From a virus (Duplodnaviria > Heunggongvirae > Uroviricota > Caudoviricetes), in IMG/VR virus record IMGVR_UViG_3300037400_003188, positions 57,014 to 121,013 of that record: DNA of 64,000 nucleotides; one strand, 5' to 3'. The first letter of the stretch is position 1; every line of letters begins with the position of its first letter. The notes under the pieces are model-generated. The model saw only the letters and a program-made list of their open reading frames with translations, searched no databases and had not been told where the DNA came from. Positions 48,593-56,098 of this stretch are shown here, piece by piece. Made by a program: the position numbers and the translations under genes.

Positions 48593-48668
48593 AGCCTTCT
48601 CTCAGATTCGAACTGAGGGTAATTCCATATTACAAGTATGGCGGAGTCGACCACTGTCCCAAGAAGGC
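48593..48668 (-). tRNA. tRNA-Thr(TGT)
   Basis: The acceptor arms GCCTTCT / AGAAGGC are perfectly complementary. T-arm CTCAG-ATTCGAA-CTGAG. Anticodon stem CCATA/TATGG with sense loop CTTGTAA. Confidence 0.65.
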
Positions 48669-49273
48669 AATTTGCTCAAAATCGTAAAACTTAACAAGTA
48701 TTATGTGTTGTCTCTCAGGTAACGCTCTCATAATAAATTTGTTAAGAAAGGGGACTCGGTTAATGAGCAGTTATACACGCTTTCTCCCTTTTTTAGAGTT
48801 TGTTCTGAACACCAGATTTAAAGTGTTTACTCACTAAATTAGGTAAGCCTTACTGTCCACAAACGTCCTATGGACCCTCCGACCTTAACTGGTGACGTTA
48901 TACCAACCTCAGGCTATACCTAAAAAAGAGATACGGCTCTAAACCACGCACACGTAGAGGACTCAACGTCGTATCGGAACATTATGGAGTTACCCATTTT
49001 GTACCATAGTCCTGCGCTGATAGCAACCTTATAAATCAGCAGTCACAAATTTAGTACCTTTTACGGTTTTGTGTCTTTTCCCATCAAGGAAATGATGGTG
49101 GGGGTGGTAGTAATTTTATGGTTGATTAGACCCATGCGGTAAAAACTACAAACCTTGCGGCTTTTCATATTGAAATGCTTAGTCAGGCGGGAATCGTATC
49201 GCTAATCGCCACTAGCGTCCATCTTATTGAGGGAGAGTCAACCGACGTTAAATCGTAGTCGGAATTTGTGATG

Positions 49274-49366
49274 CTGGCAGGGTGGGATTCGAACCCACGG
49301 TGGATTGTTAATCATCGGCTTAACAGGCCGAACCGTTCGGCCACTACGGCAACCTACCAATCATAC
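49274..49366 (-). tRNA. Ser-like tRNA with an apparent 8-nt anticodon loop
   Basis: T-arm GTGGG-ATTCGAA-CCCAC. The D-region TGGCCGAACGGTTCGGCC resembles Ser tRNAs. The anticodon hairpin is TGTTAA-GCCGATGA-TTAACA. The acceptor was not resolved. Confidence 0.3.
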
Positions 49367-49382
49367 TATTTATATTAATTTG

Positions 49383-49454
49383 TTGCGGAGGTGGGGATCG
49401 AACCCACGGCCTTCAGGTTATGAGCCTGACGAGATACCTCTTCTCTACTCCACG
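49383..49454 (-). tRNA. initiator-like tRNA-fMet(CAT)
   Basis: T-arm GTGGG-GATCGAA-CCCAC. D-arm GAGA/TCTC. Sense anticodon loop CTCATAA. The acceptor has a C1·A72 mismatch, the hallmark of bacterial initiator tRNA. Confidence 0.5.
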
Positions 49455-49460
49455 ATATTG

Positions 49461-49535
49461 TAGACCGAGAGGGGCTTGAACCCACGACCTTCTGATTATG
49501 AGTCAGACGCTACTTACCAACTGAGCTATCGGTCT
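49461..49535 (-). tRNA. tRNA-Met(CAT), elongator or Ile2-type
   Basis: The acceptor arms AGACCGA / TCGGTCT are perfectly complementary. T-loop GCTTGAA. D-arm TAGCTCAGTTGGTAAGTAGCG. Anticodon stem TCTGA/TCAGA with loop CTCATAA. Confidence 0.65.
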
Positions 49536-49671
49536 AAAAGAGTTTTTTCTATTCTCATAGGAACTTTATAACCTACCTGACATTATACGATTCAGCATCA
49601 CACAGTGCATATGGTATGCAGGGATGAAAGTTACGATTCAGAAATTACCGCGAATTATTTCTGACAATTAT

Positions 49672-50568
49672 TTATTTTATATCTTTTTTCCGATAAGGTA
49701 AACCGTAATATTTACACCACTTACTAATCGTTCGATCAGAAACACCGAATTCTTTACCTAAAGCCCTAAATGAATATTTTTTAACCAACTCTAATAACTT
49801 TTCTTTTGCTGGTCGTTCAACTTTACGCTGCTTTAAACTCGCTTCATTCTGAGCACTTGTTCTTCCATTGTCTAATCGTTCTTTTTTAATATAACCTTTC
49901 GGTTTCTTAAATATCCCAAATCTTTTACCACTTTCTATTTTTCTAAAATTATCCAAATTTAAAGTCTTGTCTATTAAATTCCAATCATTCTTAACAGTAT
50001 CCTCTGTATAACGAATAATCTTCCAGCCTAAACTTTGAATTAATTCATCTTTTTTATTATCTCTCTCTTGTCTTTCATTTTCAATTTCATGTTGTGAGCC
50101 ATCTATCTCTACAACCAATTTAATCTCATTAAAAGCAAAATCAGCATAATATGGAAAAAAAGATTTTTCTCTTTCTATTTCGTATTTTTTATTAATACCT
50201 CTATCTTTTAGATATTTAATAAAACATTTTTCTGGGTACGATGTATTATTTTTTGATAATCTCCACGCTGTTTGTTCTGGATGTTCTTTCATAAATTTTA
50301 AACGGGCCTCCCTAACTTTTGATTTTGCCTCTTCGGAGAGCCTAAATCTTTCTGGATATTTTTTATGTGCTAACTTATTAGCCTCTGAAAAATTACGAGT
50401 TATACCATGTAATAATTTTAACCGAATCCATTGATTCGCTTTAATATTATACTTATCCGCAATCTCTCGTATCGATAAGCCTTCTAGGTACTCTTTTCGC
50501 ATTTTTTCTTTCTCTTTTTCAGAGAATAAATAGTCATACTTTGTATTGTTTTTATGTGCCATATTCAT
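49672..50568 (-). CDS. HTH plus Vsr/DUF559-like endonuclease (putative homing endonuclease) inside the tRNA array
   Basis: 298 aa. N- and C-terminal helix-turn-helix-like segments (LSIREIADKYNI; GKEFGVSDRTISKWC). Central VVEIDGSQH...GWKIIRYTE resembles the Vsr/DUF559 PD-(D/E)xK motif. Confidence 0.5.
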   Translation of the reverse strand: MNMAHKNNTKYDYLFSEKEKEKMRKEYLEGLSIREIADKYNIKANQWIRLKLLHGITRNFSEANKLAHKKYPERFRLSEEAKSKVREARLKFMKEHPEQTAWRLSKNNTSYPEKCFIKYLKDRGINKKYEIEREKSFFPYYADFAFNEIKLVVEIDGSQHEIENERQERDNKKDELIQSLGWKIIRYTEDTVKNDWNLIDKTLNLDNFRKIESGKRFGIFKKPKGYIKKERLDNGRTSAQNEASLKQRKVERPAKEKLLELVKKYSFRALGKEFGVSDRTISKWCKYYGLPYRKKDIK

Positions 50569-50653
50569 TTATATTTCTATATATAAATACATTTTAATAC
50601 CAAAAAACGAACACTTTTTTTCCAAAAAATAGAAAATAAACTGATGTGTTTAG

Positions 50654-50740
50654 TAGCGCCAACGAGATTCGAACTCGTGAGGAGATTACTCTCCAAGCAG
50701 CGTGAAAGGCTGCCGACCTAAACCACTAGTCGATAGCGCC
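50654..50740 (-). tRNA. type-II-like tRNA with TTC (Glu) anticodon
   Basis: T-arm ACGAG-ATTCGAA-CTCGT. The acceptor arms GGCGCTA / TGGCGCT pair with two G-U. Anticodon stem GCAGC/GCTGC with loop CTTTCAC. The variable arm is about 18 nt with a GGAGA/TCTCC stem. Confidence 0.4.
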
Positions 50741-51284
50741 ATTTTAGTCCATACAGAACCCCATTGGAAAGATATGGACATTGACAACGAGTTAACATTA
50801 TGTCGTTGTTCTTTTTTAAGTGAGTATTCAAAGGGTTAACCGAGTTTCACGGTCTTTTTACATCGAGCGTCCCGCAATCGTTACTTGCGCCTTGGGGTAC
50901 CTCTCACCACATACATTTAAATGTGCGCACCCAGGTATCATTCGTATTCCTCGACTTCTTTCCTGGGTCGGTCGTTTATTTCCGCTTCCCTTTACTAGAC
51001 CTTTCTTTGTCTCCCCCGTCTTGAACGGCGTCCACTTGCGTGGATTAAATTCTGATTCGGGAAATACCCATATAAGTGTAAACCACATAGTGCTGTTTTT
51101 GGCCTATCCCATCATTCTATGTCCATCTTCATCTAATGATGTCGCTCTCCTCACGTGAAAGAGCCTTTATTTCAATAGTGACCCGCACGGCTTCGTCCTC
51201 GGCTAAAATGGAAACGGCTGTAACTTCTAGTCTTTATTAATGGTTTTTTATAAGTAAATATTAGTTCATATCACTATATAAGGA

Positions 51285-51365
51285 CTGATGCTTTTGGACT
51301 TTAACCAAATTCACTAATAGCATCACACATCTTGCCAATGCTTAACACCAGCCAAAGAGTAATAC
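51285..51365 (-). ncRNA. tRNA-like element E2 (paralog of 48165-48240)
   Basis: Hairpin TTTGG-ACTTTAA-CCAAA. Shares the ttcactaatagcatcac and tgccaatgcttaa blocks with E1. Confidence 0.3.
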
Positions 51366-51397
51366 AATTCGAGATTTTCTCCCCGACCAGGTTTATT

Positions 51398-51424
51398 TAA
51401 GTTGTTTTCCTTCAACTATAAAAT
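51398..51424. repeat. hairpin motif, copy 2
   Basis: aagttgttttccttcaactataaaa. Confidence 0.5.
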
Positions 51425-51583
51425 ATTAACACTATCCGCATCATAAGCCTTCCATGGATACTTATGAATTATTCGAATGATAAAACATTTGTTTTGTGAA
51501 CCACCACTATTTTTCAAGATATACGGTTGTGGATATGTTAATATAGTAAAATAACTTCAGTTATAATACTTTTATTAGTTTTT

Positions 51584-51607
51584 AAAGTTGTTTCATTCAA
51601 CTATAAG
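51584..51607. repeat. hairpin motif, copy 3
   Basis: tttttaaagttgtttcattcaactataag. Confidence 0.45.
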
Positions 51608-51716
51608 TTTGAGAGGAATAGGCTCTCACCTCTCTATGTGGTCTTCTGCCATCCACTTTGTTACTCTTTGGCTCGTACTGCCGCCTATAAGCGCTTTTGG
51701 ACTTTTATTGGTTTTT

Positions 51717-51740
51717 GTAAGTTGTTTTCCTCAACTAATG
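51717..51740. repeat. hairpin motif, copy 4 (diverged)
   Basis: gtaagttgttttcctcaactaatgg. Confidence 0.4.
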
Positions 51741-52480
51741 GGTCTACTGACCTTGAAGATTCTCACTTCACGTTTAAAACGTCTTCTAAAGTTTACAATC
51801 ATCATCTAGAATCGTGATTAGAAATCAGTAGATGGGTTAAGTGCCCGAAGCATCCCAGTTCTAACTTTTATCTTCGCATCACCAGCGCAGCACTTATAAA
51901 AACAGAACAGTAAATTTGCGAACTACGGACTTGACTAAGCGCTTATTAGAAATATAAAGACTATCCATTGTCAATCGGGGCTTACCTGAGATTATTTACT
52001 CAAGCGATTTCTCTACCACCTCGCCTGGAGAACGATTCCAGATTATCAAACTATTTCCTTACACGTTCATCGTTTTAACATACGATTTCCTTATACCTGT
52101 CATGTTGCGTTGTACATTACGGCTCCTCGCGGAATAGGTTCGTCATACCTACGAAGGGGAAACCCCAAAAATTCGCCGAAACCATCAAAAGCGACAAACT
52201 GCGTATCTCGACATCTCATAGAATATTACATTGACGCGTTATAATATTCAATCTCGCCCTATTTAGGTTGCTAGTACTGTTACTGAAACTAAATTGAATT
52301 AGTTTTGATTGTCGGGTAGGCGAGATTCGAACTCACGGCCTCCTGAACCCAAATCAGGCATCTTAGACCAACTGGACCACTACCCGTTTTTGTCTAGATA
52401 GAGAGACTCGAACTCCCGATACCTTGCTTCCAATGCAAGAATGTTACCAACTCCACCATATCTAGATTTTTTTAGTTTTT

Positions 52481-52509
52481 TAAAGTTGTATGTCCTTCAA
52501 CTATAAATC
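52481..52509. repeat. hairpin motif, copy 5
   Basis: ttttttaaagttgtatgtccttcaactataaatc. Confidence 0.45.
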
Positions 52510-52789
52510 AGGCGACGATTGAATTAAAATCAATAAGTTATACTTTAATCTAGAATTGTATAACCATATGCTTATTGGGCATATAAGTGCTACCTTTTCA
52601 TCACCAATATTATTAAAACCATGTGTTTTAAACCATGTACCGCCTCTGGGACTTGAACCCAGACGAACATCACTGCCCAAAAGATTTTCTTTACTACTTT
52701 ATATTACTATAACAAAATAACAGCATCGTCTAACGACTTCTCGTTCAGCGGGTCTTTAGCCTACTAAGGGAGTCAAACCCATTTTGTTA

Positions 52790-53150
52790 TTTCTTGTAGT
52801 CTGGGATTTATCTTAGCCATATTAGAATCTTGCAAGATATAAATTACACGTTCACTGCCTTAATGGTTTATCAGAGAGCTCATTGTTCTGTAATTTATAA
52901 TTCTAACTTAGGTTCCTCCTGTAAATTCTCTACACACTGTCTATCTTCGTGGCACTACAATCTCATTACTATTATTTCAAGTAAGAGCAAGCCCATTCCA
53001 CTATTTTAACATTGGCTCGGTATTATCCAAACGCGTTATTGGTTAGCGCTACGCCATTTCGTATTAGGTTGGATTTCCACCGAATTAGGGAGATTCTACT
53101 ATGGAATTTCTTGCCATAGCACTCAAATTTCTTAAGTCTTTCTTGTCTAC
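52790..53150 (-). repeat. about-360-bp noncoding element, copy 2 (paralog of 45340-45700)
   Basis: tcttgtagtctgggatttatcttagccatattagaatcttgcaagat, ttctaacttaggttcctcctgta...ctctacacactgtct, acattggctcggtatta, ccgaattagggagattctact, cactcaaatt. Confidence 0.5.
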
Positions 53151-53443
53151 CTATTCCAACAAGGCGGCAAAAGAAGATAGTTAAAATGCGTTTCACAACG
53201 TGGAACTAACATATCTTTTGATCAAAACGAGTAATCATGGTTACGCTAGGATAAAATCCGTTGGATGCAACATGTTTCAGAATTGACAGGTTCCATATAT
53301 AAATCTTATTCACTTACCCAACCTTAGTCTGCAGAATTTGCTATGTCGGCCAGAGTGTAATAAGAAAAATAATCAATTTAATTTTCTTTAGCCAATACGT
53401 CAAAGATCATATTCGAAAAATGCTCGTAAAAACTTGCTTGTCT

Positions 53444-53516
53444 CGAAATCTGCTGCAAAAGTACAACAAATTTTTGACATATAAAAATTTTGGAGCAAAA
53501 ATTTTCATTTTTTTTT
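53444..53516 (-). promoter_or_regulatory. class-B conserved upstream element, copy 6 (tRNA-associated variant)
   Basis: aaatctgctgcaaaagtacaac...catataaaaattttggagcaaaaattttcatttttttt. Confidence 0.5.
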
Positions 53517-53517
53517 A

Positions 53518-53589
53518 GTGGCGGACCTCGATTCGAACGAGAACTTGAGATTATGAGACTCGTATGTTACCAGTTACACCAATCCGCAA
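53518..53589 (-). tRNA. tRNA-like gene with a CTCATAA anticodon-type loop but a weak anticodon stem
   Basis: The acceptor arms TGGCGGA / TCCGCAA are near-complementary. T-loop ATTCGAA. The anticodon stem has only 3 bp. Confidence 0.3.
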
Positions 53590-53924
53590 TATTCGTGATT
53601 CGGGTGAGACTCGAACTCACAACCTACAGATTAGTCTGCTACTCTCGCTTTTATACGAGCCAACTCCATGAGTTGTTGTAGTCTGGACTCTTTCATTACC
53701 ATGAGACTTAAATCTTTTAGGCACTTCCTATAGAGTCTCTACGCCATTTATCAGATTACTCTGAACTTAGTAAGCCATCGCCAACTCCTACGTCTCCGTA
53801 AGATAGGTTTCTGTTTCTTAGGGAAGTTCTACATTCGGAGTTTCCTCCGATGCACTCCTATTTTCAAAGTCTGTTGCGCTATCCATTGCGCCACCGAACC
53901 ATTATGTTTCAAAGATCACTTTTG

Positions 53925-54004
53925 GAAAAGTATCGGGATTCGAACCCGATTGTTCCTCACTTACGTAATCAAGGCGAGTACGTTATCTGTACCTAACTAC
54001 TTCT
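53925..54004 (-). tRNA. tRNA-like gene (anticodon arm unresolved)
   Basis: T-arm ATCGGG-ATTCGAA-CCCGAT. The acceptor arms AAAAGTA / TACTTCT are near-complementary. Confidence 0.3.
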
Positions 54005-54008
54005 CTGA

Positions 54009-54083
54009 TTTTCAAATCTGGTGCAAAGGTACAACTTTTTTTTGGAATATAAAAATTTTGGAGCAAAAATTTTCATTTTTTTA
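54009..54083 (-). promoter_or_regulatory. class-B conserved upstream element, copy 7 (tRNA-associated variant)
   Basis: aaatctggtgcaaaggtacaac...aatataaaaattttggagcaaaaattttcattttttt, upstream of the 43-54 kb tRNA array. Confidence 0.5.
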
Positions 54084-54362
54084 TCATTTTCCGTTTGATC
54101 AACTCTCTTAGATGAAAAAAATATCCTATCATTTTGTGTCTGATAGGATATTCATCATAGTATTTTTTTATATTCACTAAAGGTATACTATCAAACGTTG
54201 GCAGTTAGAGTTCTAGGGCGCGTGAAGCAGGGCATAATGTTTGTTGATCATTATGTCTTGACATCACGGTAATATTTGAACTTAATTGTTTCACGTTTTA
54301 AAAACCTTTTTCTAATAATTCAATTAATAAATATAATCAATTTTCAAAAAGTACAGAGAAAA

Positions 54363-54839
54363 TTAATTTTTTTTCGATTTTTTTTCTTTTTTCAATAATT
54401 TTTCTTGTTCTTTGCGCTCTTTTTCACGCTCTTTAATCTGTTCAAGCGTTAGTTGAGCAAGTACTGCCATGTCCACTGCGAGACCTTGATACTTATTATA
54501 CATACCAGCCGTTACAGAAATTTCTGGCTTCTCGATTTTAATCTTTTCTTTGTCTGCATCATAGTAGACCTGAGATAGCAAACCTTCAATCCACATATTT
54601 TGTGTTTTATCGTCTACCTGATTAAATGCTTCCTCGCACAATGCGATTGCTACTACGTTTTTACCAGCCTTGAGATTAGTAAGGTCACTACCTTTAACAA
54701 TCTCGCCTACATCTTTACCAATTTTGTTTAATGCCAGAGGCCATACCTCGATATCTGAATCTGTTAAGCCCTGAGCAACTGCAATTGATTTTACCTTACT
54801 AACAAGGTTCTCATTTAAATCTCTTGAATACTTTGCCAT
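54363..54839 (-). CDS. hypothetical protein; first gene of the leftward block
   Basis: 158 aa with a C-terminal KE-rich tail. Confidence 0.45.
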   Translation of the reverse strand: MAKYSRDLNENLVSKVKSIAVAQGLTDSDIEVWPLALNKIGKDVGEIVKGSDLTNLKAGKNVVAIALCEEAFNQVDDKTQNMWIEGLLSQVYYDADKEKIKIEKPEISVTAGMYNKYQGLAVDMAVLAQLTLEQIKEREKERKEQEKLLKKEKKSKKN

Positions 54840-54880
54840 ATTATTTAAAATTTATATTGTTAATTATTATAGTCATTTTT

Positions 54881-54930
54881 GTCAAGCGATTCCGCTTGAC
54901 TTTTAAAAAGTAAAGCGGTTCTGCTTGACT
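54881..54930. promoter_or_regulatory. operator-like inverted and direct repeats in the divergent control region
   Basis: GTCAAGCG-attc-CGCTTGAC (8-bp inverted-repeat arms) followed 22 bp later by a direct copy CTGCTTGAC. Confidence 0.45.
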
Positions 54931-55041
54931 TGCACACCTTATATAATATATACGCGTGCGTTAACATCGTACTACAAATATACATAAAAACTTTGATAAA
55001 AAGATCAAACGCACATCTTTTTACTAGATCTTGGTTTATAA

Positions 55042-55063
55042 ATCTTATAAGAGAATATAAGAT
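55042..55063. promoter_or_regulatory. second inverted repeat in the divergent region
   Basis: ATCTTATA-agagaa-TATAAGAT, an 8-bp-arm palindrome. Confidence 0.4.
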
Positions 55064-55149
55064 CGATCGATAAAATAAAAGAAAAAGAAAGATTTATAAT
55101 TCCTGGTTTTATAAGAGGTTTGTTCCTATGTTTATCAATTAAAAATATT

Positions 55150-55165
55150 TTTGTATATTTGGTTT
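55150..55165 (+). promoter_or_regulatory. class-A promoter-like motif driving the rightward block
   Basis: ttttgtatatttgg on the plus strand (TATATTTG = TAnnTTTG), about 30 bp upstream of a 41-codon ORF at 55194 and of 55324..55902. Confidence 0.45.
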
Positions 55166-55323
55166 TGAGATAACTTTAAAATTTAGAAATAATGAGTAAA
55201 AGAAAATTAATTCAGAAATCTCTATTTGGGGATGATGTAATTGCTGCCGTACTTGATACAGATACTGGCACGGTACAAGTAAATAAAAAATTTAACGAAA
55301 AACCAAACAAAGAGGAATAATTT

Positions 55324-55902
55324 ATGACAGAAGACATTAAAATTAACAATTACGTTACTTACAAACGATTCTTAGACAATCTTATAACCAAGGAAAACGC
55401 AGATAATGTTATAGAGTTGCTTGGCGGGGATGAAAAGGTAATAAATGCCAGTTTTGGTATGAGTTTAGATTCTGGAAGTGCATATCCAGGCGCATTTGTA
55501 TATAATTCAATTACGATTGCAGAGTATGCAAAGAAACTTAATGAAATATTACCAGAGTCTATACGCGTTGATAACAAATCCATTTATAGGGTAGCATTAC
55601 TTCAACATATAGGTAAAGTTGTAATGTATGCTGAAAATGACAATGAGTGGGAAGTTAAGAATAGAGGATTTGCATATAAATTTATTGATCAAAACACAGC
55701 ATTGCGTTGTGGAGAGCGTGCATTGTTCATCCTTATGGAGGCTGGAGTAGTATTAACAGAGGATGAGTTTGAGGCAATTCGTATTGTTGATAAATCAAAA
55801 GAAGACGATAATTTTGCTAAATTCTATTCAAATACGTTGGCTTTTATAATTAGGCAGGCAAACGAGTTCGTTTCGACAATTAATAAACGAGAAGCAAAAT
55901 AA
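55324..55902 (+). CDS. hypothetical protein
   Basis: 192-aa ORF. Confidence 0.45.
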   Translation: MTEDIKINNYVTYKRFLDNLITKENADNVIELLGGDEKVINASFGMSLDSGSAYPGAFVYNSITIAEYAKKLNEILPESIRVDNKSIYRVALLQHIGKVVMYAENDNEWEVKNRGFAYKFIDQNTALRCGERALFILMEAGVVLTEDEFEAIRIVDKSKEDDNFAKFYSNTLAFIIRQANEFVSTINKREAK

Positions 55903-55910
55903 TAAGTATT

Positions 55911-56096
55911 ATGAATAAGATAGGTAAAAAGGTATTAGTTAAAAGAGGCCTATTTGTTGGATATGAAGGGGTTATTTCTGGTATATTTCAATATAAGGGT
56001 AACGATGTATATGTAATAGACGTGTGTCGAGGTAAAAATATAACTGAGAAGTTTACTACAACAGTGAGCGAAAGTGAATTTGAATATATTCAATAA
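55911..56096 (+). CDS. hypothetical protein
   Basis: 61-aa ORF tightly packed between neighbours. Confidence 0.3.
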   Translation: MNKIGKKVLVKRGLFVGYEGVISGIFQYKGNDVYVIDVCRGKNITEKFTTTVSESEFEYIQ

Positions 56097-56098
56097 TT

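Noticed and set aside
53595-53910. Two further T-arm-like signatures (GTGAG-ACTCGAA-CTCAC at about 53603; a Lys(TTT)-like D-region copy GTCTGTTGCGCT...CCATTGCGCCAC at about 53865)
   Set aside because: I found no matching acceptor stems and no clean anticodon hairpins by eye. They are probably additional tRNA or tRNA-fragment genes, but I could not support them to the standard of the others.
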